From contig CAWIXS010000018.1 of the NCBI GenBank assembly GCA_963840075.1, positions 126,425 to 190,424 on the forward strand: a DNA stretch of 64,000 nt. Direction: 5' to 3'. The first letter of the stretch is position 1; each line of letters starts with the position of its first letter. Under the pieces are notes generated by a model. That model saw nothing but the letters and a program-made list of their open reading frames with translations, was not told the DNA's origin and searched no databases. The translations under genes and the position numbers were made by a program. This document shows, in pieces, positions 1-8,369 of the stretch. Origin of the DNA: an uncultured Alphaproteobacteria bacterium. GTDB lineage: Bacteria > Pseudomonadota > Alphaproteobacteria > Rhizobiales > Hyphomicrobiaceae.

Positions 1-2
1 AG

Positions 3-161
3 AGGCAGCAGGCCGAGCGCGAGCGCCGGGCGAACGAGAAACGCGCGCGTTTCGGCATCCCCAAGAGCGAGCGGGCCAAGACCAGCGCCGAGCGCACGCT
101 GGAAGCCCGCCGCCTCGACGCGGCGCGCCGCGACGACTGCGGGCCTGACGGGCGCGATTGA
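3..161 (+). CDS. DUF4169-like small basic protein, C-terminal part (start lies upstream of the window)
   Basis: Frame 3 reads ..ANEKRARFGIPKSERAKTSAERTLEARRLDAARRDD.. to TGA at 159-161. The Arg/Lys/Ala-rich pattern is typical of DUF4169. It is not in the ORF track because there is no start codon in the window. Confidence 0.55.
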   Translation, partial: RQQAERERRANEKRARFGIPKSERAKTSAERTLEARRLDAARRDDCGPDGRD

Positions 162-192
162 GGGCAGGATCGACAACCGAAGGCCTTGCGTC

Positions 193-462
193 GTGCGTCG
201 ACCCGAAGGCAGCTCCGATAGCGCGCGCCGCGCGCGCAGCCCGACCGGACGCCCCGTCAAGCGCTCGTTCACCATCGGCGGCCACCGCACCTCCATCTCG
301 CTGGAAGCGCCGTTCTGGGAAGCGCTGAAGGCCGCGGCCTCGCACGAGGGCGTGCCGGTCTCCAGGTTGGTCGCCAGGATCGACAAGGACCGCGGCGGCT
401 GCGGCCTGTCGAGCGCGGTGCGCATGTGGCTCTTCGCCCGCCGCCGCGACGGCGCCGCCTAG
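193..462 (+). CDS. ribbon-helix-helix domain protein (RHH_4-like)
   Basis: 89 aa with a GTG start. The core KRSFTIGGHRTSISLEAPFWEALKAAASHEGVPVSRLVARID...LSSAVRMWLF matches the small RHH proteins that usually follow DUF4169 genes in alphaproteobacteria. Confidence 0.75.
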   Translation: MRRPEGSSDSARRARSPTGRPVKRSFTIGGHRTSISLEAPFWEALKAAASHEGVPVSRLVARIDKDRGGCGLSSAVRMWLFARRRDGAA

Positions 463-466
463 CAGG

Positions 467-586
467 GCCCCTCCCCGCTCGCGCCGACCGGATCCCTCCC
501 CGCTTGCGCTAACCGGATTCCCCTCCCCCTTGCGCCAACGGGTTCCCCTACCCCCTTGCGGCGAGGGGTTAGGGTGGGGGGAGCCC
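467..586. repeat. family A repeat (CCCCTCCCC..GGGGTGGGG type): about four degenerate 25-nt direct units ending in an inverted arm
   Basis: gcccctccccgctcgcgccgaccg / gatccctccccgcttgcgctaaccg / gattcccctcccccttgcgccaacgg / gttcccctacccccttgcggcgaggggttagggtgggggg. Confidence 0.8.
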
Positions 587-629
587 CAACGTCGGATGGA
601 GATGCCCCCACCCGATCCCACGAGCTTGC

Positions 630-1889
630 TCAGTGCGGCACCTCGATCACGTCGCGCGACGTGATGTGAATGAAGTCGAGCAGGTCGTTCAGCAAGATCT
701 CCTCGAATGCGAGCAGGGCGCCGGGCGCGTAGCGCCCGCCGCCGGTGCCCGCCGCGGCGGCAAAATCCTCGAACCACTTCTTAATGCGGCGCTCCTGGGC
801 ATGATACGAGTGCAGCAGGCTGCGCTCGTTGCGGCTGACGTACGCACTGGTCGCCGCCGCCGACAGCACCATGACGACCAGCAGCGCGGTCGAGATCCAG
901 TCGACCGGTGCCACGGTTGCAAACTCGATGTGCGCCATGACCGCCGTCGGCAGCTCCGCCTTGAACACGCTCAGGGCCTTGAGGACCGCGAGGAGGACCG
1001 AGGCAACGTAGAGCACGGTCATCAGCCGTTCGCGGCTGCGTTGCCCGGCGTGGATGCGCCCCTGCGCCGTGATGAAGAACTCGAGCTGCCCCAGCGGCCG
1101 CTTCTTCAAGTAGAAACCGAGCTCCGCGGAGCTCGCCGGACTGCGCAAGCCCACGGCCCGGCACTCGTCGTGCAGCTCGGTCCAGCACGCCTCTACCCGC
1201 CTGTAGATCGGGGCCTCGCGCTTGTCGGGGCGATGGCCCGCGTCGCTGCCCGCATCCTTGGGCGGCGCCGCACCCGTCCTGTCCCGGTACCGCGCGGCTA
1301 TCTCCTTCTTCCTCGCCTGGTATGCGGCAATTGCGTCGCCCGCTCTCTCCAGCGGAAAGACGATCGCAAGGTGGGTCCATGCGCGCAGGGTCTCGACGAA
1401 CGAGCGCGTGATCACGAACTTGTCGTTGACGAAGCGGGCGCGAAAGAAGAACACCAGCGCATACACGGTCGCCAGCAGATCGAAATCGGTGGCGAATTTC
1501 TTCAGCCAGCCGATATCGCGATAGACGATGATGCTGAGGCATATGATGACGACGCCGACGCTCAGCACGCCGATGCAGCGTGCCACGCAGCTGTGGTAGA
1601 GGCTCTGCAGACGCACCGCCTCGTCGTCCTCCCTCCTCCGGTCGTCCTCGCAGGCCTGGAACCACGGCGGCTCGAGCGCCAGACCCACCATGTCGGTCAA
1701 TGCGGGTGTCGCGCGGATCTCGGCCATCGGATCGAGCTCGGCCTGGTGTTGTCTCGCTCGCCGGCGTCTGCGCTCGCGCCAATGCCGGTCGAGCCGCGCA
1801 GCGACAGCGCCGACGACCAGCACTCCGATCGCAGCCAGGATGAAGAGGCCGAGCGAGGAGACGGCCCACGCCCCGAGACTTGCAATCAT
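630..1889 (-). CDS. hypothetical multi-pass membrane protein with two tandem 2TM modules (SLATT/DUF4231-like by pattern only)
   Basis: The ORF runs 630..1928 (TTG start). An ATG at 1889 gives MIASLGAWAV.. Hydrophobic helices: one N-terminal, one pair (IGVLSVGVVIICLSIIVY / LLATVYALVFFF) and a second pair (LMTVLYVASVLLAVL / ISTALLVVMVLSAAA). No family assigned with certainty. Confidence 0.7.
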   Translation of the reverse strand: MIASLGAWAVSSLGLFILAAIGVLVVGAVAARLDRHWRERRRRRARQHQAELDPMAEIRATPALTDMVGLALEPPWFQACEDDRRREDDEAVRLQSLYHSCVARCIGVLSVGVVIICLSIIVYRDIGWLKKFATDFDLLATVYALVFFFRARFVNDKFVITRSFVETLRAWTHLAIVFPLERAGDAIAAYQARKKEIAARYRDRTGAAPPKDAGSDAGHRPDKREAPIYRRVEACWTELHDECRAVGLRSPASSAELGFYLKKRPLGQLEFFITAQGRIHAGQRSRERLMTVLYVASVLLAVLKALSVFKAELPTAVMAHIEFATVAPVDWISTALLVVMVLSAAATSAYVSRNERSLLHSYHAQERRIKKWFEDFAAAAGTGGGRYAPGALLAFEEILLNDLLDFIHITSRDVIEVPH

Positions 1890-2025
1890 GTCGGGCAATG
1901 CACCCTCCCCCGAGCAAAAAATCCGCAAACGACCGGGCCCGATGAGCCGAGCCGAAAAAACCGGATATGCTCCTCTAGCGCGCGCCCACTAGGCTTCACG
2001 ACCGGGGGTGCCGTCAAGGCACCGC

Positions 2026-2092
2026 GCGAATAGTGAGTGGCGAATGGCGAATGGATGCCGGGCGTTCGCGATTGGCCATTCGCCATTCGCGC
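2026..2092. repeat. family E hairpin built from GCGAATG heptads
   Basis: gcgaatagtgagtGGCGAATGGCGAATGG ..21 nt.. CCATTCGCCATTCGC. It shares its opening gcgaatag..gtgagt with the copy at 41236. Confidence 0.8.
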
Positions 2093-2125
2093 TTTGGTTC
2101 ATGGGACTTTCCAGGGTGAAACAAG

Positions 2126-3109
2126 ATGCCGCTGCCGAAACATACCTTCGACCCGCCGTTCAACATCGTCCGCTGCAGCCATGCCGTGCTGCGCGTGCGC
2201 GATCTGGAGGCGAGCCGCCGCTTCTATGAGGGGGCCATCGGTCTCCAGGTGGAAGATGCAGGAGGCGATGCGCTCTATCTGCGCGGAATGGAGGAGCGCA
2301 ACCACCATTCTCTCGTGCTGAAGCAGGGCACGGAGCCCCTTGCCGAGCGGCTCGGCTACAAGGTGGCGAGCGAGGAGGACCTCGACCGCGCCTTCGCCTT
2401 CTTCAGGGAGCGCCAGCTGCCGGCCGAGTTCGTGGAGGTGCCCTGGCAGGGCCGCACGCTGCACGCCGCCGACACCGAGGGCAATCCGCTCGAGCTCTAC
2501 GCCACCATGCACCAGGGCGAGCGCATCCTGCAGCACTACGGCCGCTATGCCGGCTGCCACCCCCAGCGCATCGACCATTTCAACCTGTTCGCCCGCAACG
2601 TGCAGTCCTCCGTGGAGTTCTATGCCGCGCTCGGCTTCCGCATCACCGAGTACACCGAGAGCGAGGAGGCCGAGCCCAGGATCGCCGCCGCCTGGATGCA
2701 CCGCAAGGGCACCGTGCACGACGTGGCCTTCACCAGCGGGCGCGGGCCCCGGCTGCACCACTTCGCCTATTGGGTGCCGGGCGTGCTCAACGTGGTGCAC
2801 CTGTGCGACGTACTGGCCACCACCGGCTGGCTCGCCAACATGGAGCGCGGGCCGGGCCGGCACGGGCTCGCCAACGCCTTCTTCCTCTACGTGCGCGACC
2901 CCGACGGCCACCGCATCGAGCTCTACGCCTCGGACTACCTCACCGTCGATCCCGACCTCGCTCCGATCCGCTGGTCCCTGCGCGACCCGCGCCGCCAGAC
3001 GCTCTGGGGCACGCCGGCGCCGAAGAGCTGGTTCGAGGAGGGCACCCCCTTCCCCGGCACGCCGGTGGAGCCGCCGGTGCATCAGTTCAATCCGGTGATG
3101 GCGGATTGA
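2126..3109 (+). CDS. extradiol ring-cleavage dioxygenase, VOC family (3,4-dihydroxyphenylacetate 2,3-dioxygenase-like)
   Basis: 327 aa with two glyoxalase/VOC repeats (CSHAVLRVRDLEASRRFY.., IDHFNLFARNVQSSVEFY..) and the C-terminal DPDGHRIELY motif. Confidence 0.82.
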   Translation: MPLPKHTFDPPFNIVRCSHAVLRVRDLEASRRFYEGAIGLQVEDAGGDALYLRGMEERNHHSLVLKQGTEPLAERLGYKVASEEDLDRAFAFFRERQLPAEFVEVPWQGRTLHAADTEGNPLELYATMHQGERILQHYGRYAGCHPQRIDHFNLFARNVQSSVEFYAALGFRITEYTESEEAEPRIAAAWMHRKGTVHDVAFTSGRGPRLHHFAYWVPGVLNVVHLCDVLATTGWLANMERGPGRHGLANAFFLYVRDPDGHRIELYASDYLTVDPDLAPIRWSLRDPRRQTLWGTPAPKSWFEEGTPFPGTPVEPPVHQFNPVMAD

Positions 3110-3111
3110 AT

Positions 3112-3139
3112 GGTGTCAGACCCCTCCGGGTCTGACACC
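3112..3139. repeat. family B palindrome (GGTGTCAGACCC-n-GGGTCTGACACC)
   Basis: ggtgtcagacccctccgggtctgacacc, immediately after the dioxygenase stop. Confidence 0.85.
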
Positions 3140-3228
3140 GTTGCACCCGTGCTCGCCATGTTGCCCCTTGATGCGAGGCGGCTCCCGATGCGACAATCCG
3201 CGCGCAAAATAGAGGGAGGACATCGCGC

Positions 3229-4218
3229 ATGCGTGTGGTGGCGCTGGAGGAGCATTTCACCGTCCCTGCCCTGGTGAAGCGCATCGACCGCGAGGCCGTC
3301 AGCCGGCGCGGCTTCCGCCCGCGCACGGCCCGGCCCGGCGGCCCGAGCCTCGCCGACCTGCTGCCCGACATCGGCGAGGCGCGCCTGGCTTCTATGGATG
3401 CGTCCGGCATCAGCGTGGAGGTGCTGTCCAACACGGGCCCGGGCCCCGATCTCGTCCCTGGCGCCGACGGCATCGCCATGGCGCGCGAGATGAACGACCA
3501 CCTGGCGGCTGCGATCGCACGCCACCCCGACCGCTTCGCCGGCTTTGCCGTGCTGCCGATGCAGAGCCCCGAGGCCTGCCCGGCCGAGCTCGAGCGCGCG
3601 GTCAAGGACCTGCGCTTCGTCGGCGCGCTCATCAACGGCACCACCGAGGGCCGCTTCCTCGACCATCCGAGCTATGACGGCCTCCTGGCTGCAGCCGAGA
3701 GCCTGGACGTGCCGATCTACATCCATCCGCATCTGGCGCCCGAGCCGGTGCGCCAAGCCTACTACTCGGACTTGCCGGCAGGGGCGGCGCGCGTGATCGA
3801 GCAGGCCGGCTGGGGCTGGCATTCAGAGACCGCGATCCACATCCTGCGCATGGTGGTGGCGGGCGTGCTCGAGCGCCATCCGCGCCTGAAGCTCATCATC
3901 GGCCACATGGGCGAGATGCTGCCGGTCATGCTCGACCGCATCGACAGCGTGTTCGCGCTCGACATCGCGCACCTGCAGCGGCCCATCAGCCGGGCCATCC
4001 TCGACCAGGTCTGGATCACGACCAGCGGCATCTTCTCGGAGCCGCCGCTGCTGGCCGCGCTCCTCACCTTCGGCATCGACCGCATCATGTTCTCGGTCGA
4101 CTACCCCTACGCCCCCCACGCCAAGGGCCGCGCCTTCCTCGACCGCATCGCGCTCTCCCCCGCCGACATGGCAAAGCTGACCCACGCCAACGCCGATGCG
4201 CTGCTGAAGCTGAGATAG
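3229..4218 (+). CDS. amidohydrolase-2 family protein (ACMSD/decarboxylase-like)
   Basis: 329 aa. N-terminal VVALEEHF, a central HPHL region and C-terminal IMFSVDYPY are hallmarks of the amidohydrolase_2 family. Confidence 0.85.
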   Translation: MRVVALEEHFTVPALVKRIDREAVSRRGFRPRTARPGGPSLADLLPDIGEARLASMDASGISVEVLSNTGPGPDLVPGADGIAMAREMNDHLAAAIARHPDRFAGFAVLPMQSPEACPAELERAVKDLRFVGALINGTTEGRFLDHPSYDGLLAAAESLDVPIYIHPHLAPEPVRQAYYSDLPAGAARVIEQAGWGWHSETAIHILRMVVAGVLERHPRLKLIIGHMGEMLPVMLDRIDSVFALDIAHLQRPISRAILDQVWITTSGIFSEPPLLAALLTFGIDRIMFSVDYPYAPHAKGRAFLDRIALSPADMAKLTHANADALLKLR

Positions 4219-4230
4219 CGCCGGCACAAT

Positions 4231-4280
4231 GTCAGACCCGGAGGCGGAGGCCGGGTGTCAGACCCTCCGGGTCTGACACC
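4231..4280. repeat. family B, one half copy plus one full palindrome
   Basis: gtcagacccggagg ... ggtgtcagaccctccgggtctgacacc. It lies between the amidohydrolase and cobB stops. Confidence 0.85.
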
Positions 4281-5066
4281 TACACGTGGCTCATGACGGT
4301 GCCGATCTCGGCGTTGATCACGAGGTCGGCGAGCTCGTCCTGGTCGGTGGAATCGCGGTTGACGATGACGAGGCGCGCGCCGTTGCGCTTGGCCGTGATC
4401 GGGAAGCCCGCGGCCGGGTACACCACCAGCGAGCTGCCGAGCACGATGAAGAGGTCCGCGGCCAGCGTCGCCGCGTGCGCCCGCTCCATGGCGTCGGCCG
4501 GCATCGCCTGGCCGAACGAGATGGTGGCCGTCTTGATGTGGCCACTGCAAGCGGTGCAGACCGGCAGCCGCTCGCCGTCGGCGAAGATGGCGCGCACCCA
4601 GTCCAGCTCGTAGCGGCTGCCGCAGTCGAGGCACACCGCGTAGGTGGTGTTGCCGTGCAGCTCGATCAACTTCTCCTCGGGCACGCCGGAGACCTGGTGC
4701 AGGCCGTCGATGTTCTGGGTGATGATGGCGCTCATCCTGCCCTGCTCGACGAGCCGCGCGAGCGCATGGTGCCCGGCATTGGGCGTCGCGCTCTGGAGCG
4801 TCGGATGGGTTGCGAACTTGCGGCGCCAGGATTCGCGGCGCATCTCGGCGGAGGCGAGGAAGTCGCTGAAGTCTATCGGCTTGTACCTGGTCCAGATGCC
4901 GCCCGGCGAGCGGAAGTCGGGAATGCCCGAACTCGGTGGAGATGCCGGCCCCGGTGAAGGCGACGATGTTGCCCGCCTCCGCGATCATGCGCTTCAGGGC
5001 GTCGGTTTCAGGCCCTCCGGGTCTGACACCGTCACGCCGTCCCCCGTCTTTCTCCGAGATCGCCAT
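4280..5066 (-). pseudogene. cobB: NAD-dependent protein deacylase (Sir2/CobB family), frame broken by a 1-nt insertion near 4926
   Basis: The N-terminus ..IVAFTGAGISTEFG (frame of ORF 4107..5114) continues as IPDFRSPGGIW..ITQNIDGLH..CLDCG..CTAC.. in ORF 4280..4843. The junction ttcggg|cattccc carries one extra g. An alternative start is at 4988. Confidence 0.88.
5013..5030. repeat. family B half-site inside the annotated cobB 5' end
   Basis: ccctccgggtctgacacc. Confidence 0.6.
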
Positions 5067-5110
5067 CGACTTCGTCCTACGGATCGGACACCGCGATCCG
5101 CCCACAATTG

Positions 5111-5512
5111 TCACGAGGCTGCGGCCACGGGCCGGCGCTCGAGAAGCTCGATGGACACATTGTCAGGACCGGCGATGAAGGCGATCCTGACACCTGGCCG
5201 AATGGTCGTGGGCTCGCGCGTGAATTTGGCGCCCTTGGCTTTCAGCTCGGCGCACACCGCATCGATGTTCTCGACCTCCAAGCCGAAATGGTCGAGCCCA
5301 TGATGTCGGTGTGCGGGGGCAGCAGCCACTTTGGCATCCTGGCTGACATCGAGAATGAAGATGTTGGCGCCGCCGAGGCGAAGGTCGATGCGCGGCCGGC
5401 CTTGCTGGGTGGTCCGGATCACCTCGGCGCCGAACATCCGCTCGTACCAGGCGGCCGTCCCTTCCGGATCGCTGGTGAACACGTGGATGTGGTCAAACTG
5501 GAATTTGCTCAT
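5111..5512 (-). CDS. VOC (glyoxalase/bleomycin-resistance) family protein
   Basis: 133 aa. FDHIHVFTSDPEGTAAWYERMFG .. GLDHFGLEVENIDAVCAELKAKGA is a typical single VOC module. Confidence 0.85.
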   Translation of the reverse strand: MSKFQFDHIHVFTSDPEGTAAWYERMFGAEVIRTTQQGRPRIDLRLGGANIFILDVSQDAKVAAAPAHRHHGLDHFGLEVENIDAVCAELKAKGAKFTREPTTIRPGVRIAFIAGPDNVSIELLERRPVAAAS

Positions 5513-5618
5513 GTTGCTCCGTCCCCTTGTCTCCCAGTCAGCAGCTGAGTCTTTGCAGTGTACGCCAATAGGACGCAGTTGAGACGACCGCTCACGTCAT
5601 AACCCTCGTTTGCACCCG

Positions 5619-7008
5619 TCACGACGCTGCAATGGCATCAGACCCGGAAGGTCTGACACCTACTGACACCTTGCCGAACATCGCCTCCATCTCGCGGCGC
5701 ACCTTCACCGCCGTTGCATTGGCGTCGATGGCGACATCCGACCACCGGAGCGGCTGGCCCTCGGCGATGTCGCGCACGAGCGTCACGCCGCTCGCGAGGC
5801 CGAGGGGCAGATAGCTCTCCGCCAGCGATACGTCGGCCGGCACCTGCCGGCCCCACACCGTGAAGCCGCCCTCGCCGTCGAGCACCTCGCCCTTTTTCAG
5901 TGTGCGCTTCGCCGTGGCGGCCACGTCTGAGTTGAAGTAGGAGGGCGCGCCGGTAGGCTCCCGGCGCAACATCACGGAGGCGACGGAGATGCCGAGCTCC
6001 AGGCCGATCATGTGCGTGGGGCGGTAGAGCGCGGCGTACCGGCCGCTCCTGTCCTGCAGGCAGTTGTACTCGACGAAGCACTGCGCTCGCGTAGGGGCTG
6101 TCGCTCTCGATCACCACGTAGGTGCCCATGGCCAGGTGGTGCGGCACGTCTGTCCCGTCGCGGTAGAGCGAGGAGACCACCTCGGTGACCCCCTTCGTCT
6201 CCAGGGTGCCGCCCTCGGCCCTGGGCTTGCAGACATCGGCCAGCTCGAAGCGCGTGGCCGGCGGGAACCCGAGGCCGCCCGACTGCGGCACCAGGCCGGT
6301 GGCGTTGCACACCGCCGTCATCTCGATGCCCGACTTGGTGCCGTCCAGGAACGAGTTGAACATCTTCGGATTGATGTGGCTGCGGTCCTGGATCGGCAGG
6401 TACTGGGTGAGGATGTCCCACACCGTGTCGGGCGTGGACTGATGATAGCTCGGATGGTAGCGCGTGCCCTTGCCGGCGGCGACCACCTTGAACCCGCAGG
6501 TGCGCGCCCAGTCCACCTGCTCGCAGATCAGCGCCGGCTGGTCGCCCCACGCGAGCGAGTAGAGCACGCCCGCCTCGCGCGCGCGCCGCGCCAGCAGCGG
6601 CCCTGCCAGGGCGTCGGCCTCCACATTGACCATGATGACGTGCTTGCCGTTGCGGGCAGCGGCGAGCGCGAGCTCGATGCCGGTCGCCGGGTCGCCGGTT
6701 GCCTCGATCACCACGTCGATCTCGCGGCTCTCGATCACGGCAAGCGCATCGTCGGTAACGAAGGACCCGCCGCTCTTGAAGGCGTCGCCCATCGATCGGG
6801 CGGCGAACTGCTCTGCGGGCCAGCCGACGCCGGCGAGCCGCTCGCGGGCGCGCGCCGGCATCAGGTCGGCGAGGCCGACGAGATGCATGCCCGGCGTCAG
6901 CCGCACCTGGGAGAGGAACATGGTGCCGAACTTGCCGGCGCCGATCTGGCCGATGCGAATGGGCCGGTCCGCGGCGGCGAGCTTCTGCAGCAGGCGCGAG
7001 AGAGACAT
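5619..7008 (-). pseudogene. NAD(P)-binding dehydrogenase with C-terminal SAF domain (COG4091-like), frame broken near 6085
   Basis: Rossmann N-terminus IRIGQIGAGKFG. ORF 5638..7008 reads correctly to ..VIESDSPYA, and the protein then continues QCFVEYNCLQDRSGRYAALYRPTHMIGLELG.. in ORF 5619..6011. This behaves as a 1-nt insertion. Confidence 0.8.
5636..5660. repeat. family B palindrome
   Basis: catcagacccggaaggtctgacacc. It overlaps the last codons of the SAF dehydrogenase. Confidence 0.8.
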
Positions 7009-7019
7009 GGGCTATCCTC

Positions 7020-7045
7020 GGTGTCACCCCTCCGGGTCTGACACC
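7020..7045. repeat. family B palindrome (one arm degenerate)
   Basis: ggtgtcacccctccgggtctgacacc. Confidence 0.75.
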
Positions 7046-7050
7046 TTAAC

Positions 7051-7182
7051 ACCCGTCATCCCGGAATCCGAGCCGCGGGCGAGGATATCCGGGACCTCCC
7101 GCAACGAGTTGCACCTCCCGAGGTCCCGGCTCGGAGCGCTGCTCGCCTTCGGCTCGCATCGCTCCGGCCGGGATGACGGGTG
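7051..7182. repeat. family C MITE-like element (CGTCATCCCGG ... CCGGGATGACG termini)
   Basis: acccgtcatcccggaatccgagccgcgggcgagg....ccgggacctcc...ggtcccgg...gctccggccgggatgacgggtg. It ends 1 nt before the dapE stop. Confidence 0.85.
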
Positions 7183-8352
7183 CTAAGCCAGGTAGCTCTC
7201 GATGAACCGCCGGTAGATCGCCGTGAGCGTCGCGAGGTCCGCGAGCGGGACGCGCTCGTCAACCTGGTGCGCGGTGGCGTTGGTGAGGCCCAGCTCGATC
7301 ACGGGGCAGTGCTTGCGGATGAAGGACGCATCCGACGCGCCTCCCGCTGTGCTGAGCGCCGGCGTGTGCCCCGTGACCGCCTCGGCCGCGCTGCGGGCCG
7401 CCTCGGCGAGCGGGCCCGGCTCGGTGACGAACACCTCGTGTCTCCCCGAGAAGGCGAGCGAGAAGCGCGCCGCCGTCGCCCGCGCCACCTCCTCGCACCG
7501 GTCGCGCACCCAGGCCTCGACGCCCGCGCGGGCGTGCAGATCGTTGTAGCGGATGGAGAAGAGGGCGCGCGCCCAGGCCGGGATGACGTTGGAGGTCCGG
7601 TTCGGCACCTCCACCACGGTGGCCTCCACGCTGGAGGGTTGGAAGCGCGGCGTGCCGGTGTCGAGCGGCGTGGACGACAGCTGGTCGATCATGCGCGCGA
7701 GCTTCGGCACCGGGTTGTCGGCGAGGTGGCCGTAGGCGGCGTGGCCCTGCTTGCCGTGCACCGTGAGATCGACCGTCACCGAGCCGCGCCGGCCGATCTT
7801 GATCTCGTCGCCCACCGCCCTGGAGCTGGTCGGCTCGCCCACCAGGCAGGCGTCGGCCACCTCGCCGCGCGCGGCCATCCAGTCCAGCACCTTGTCGGTG
7901 CCGTTGATGCCGGGGCCCTCCTCGTCGCCCGTGATGAGGAGGGAGATGGAGCCGCGCCCGGGCGCGCCGCCGCCCGCCTCGACATTGCCGAGCGCGGCGG
8001 CCACGAAGCAGGCAATCGCGCCCTTCATGTCGACGGCGCCGCGGCCGTAGAGCACGCCGTCCGCGATCTCGGCGGCGAACGGCGGGTGCGACCAGCCCGC
8101 CTCGTCGCCGACGGGCACGACATCGGTATGGCCGGCAAACAGGAGGTGCGGCCTGCCGGTGCCCAGGCGGGCGTAGAGGTTCTCCACGTCGGGGGTGCCC
8201 GCCTCGCGCAGGGTGAGCCGATGGCAGGCGAAGCCCGCCGGCCGCAGCACGCCCTCCAGGACCGAGAGGGCTCCGCCCTCCTCCGGGGTCACGCTGCGGC
8301 AGCGGATCAGCGCCCGCGCGAGCTCGACCGGGTCGTGACCAAGGCTCGGCAT
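7183..8352 (-). CDS. dapE: succinyl-diaminopimelate desuccinylase
   Basis: 389 aa starting MPSLGHDPVELARALIRCRSVTPEEGGA, with FAGHTDVVP, GRGAVDMKG and ITGDEEG M20 motifs. The 695-aa track ORF is an artificial upstream extension. Confidence 0.93.
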   Translation of the reverse strand: MPSLGHDPVELARALIRCRSVTPEEGGALSVLEGVLRPAGFACHRLTLREAGTPDVENLYARLGTGRPHLLFAGHTDVVPVGDEAGWSHPPFAAEIADGVLYGRGAVDMKGAIACFVAAALGNVEAGGGAPGRGSISLLITGDEEGPGINGTDKVLDWMAARGEVADACLVGEPTSSRAVGDEIKIGRRGSVTVDLTVHGKQGHAAYGHLADNPVPKLARMIDQLSSTPLDTGTPRFQPSSVEATVVEVPNRTSNVIPAWARALFSIRYNDLHARAGVEAWVRDRCEEVARATAARFSLAFSGRHEVFVTEPGPLAEAARSAAEAVTGHTPALSTAGGASDASFIRKHCPVIELGLTNATAHQVDERVPLADLATLTAIYRRFIESYLA

Positions 8353-8369
8353 GCGCGCAATCCGCTCCT

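Noticed and set aside
633-2033. Long ORFs antisense to, or overlapping, recognised genes. Examples: 633..2033(+), 2099..3082(-), 7180..8634(+), 13410..15470(+), 27056..30673(-), 49900..51513(+), 54742..58068(-), 58065..60536(-), 62097..63980(-).
   Set aside because: Their translations are Arg/Ala/Gly/Pro-rich low-complexity text. Each lies opposite a gene with a clear family signature. This is the typical stop-codon-poor artefact of high-GC DNA.
3112-7182. Whether the regularly recurring palindromes could form a CRISPR array.
   Set aside because: The repeats are separated by whole genes of 0.4-1.4 kb, not by 30-40 nt spacers. The copies are imperfect, there is no leader, and there are no cas genes.
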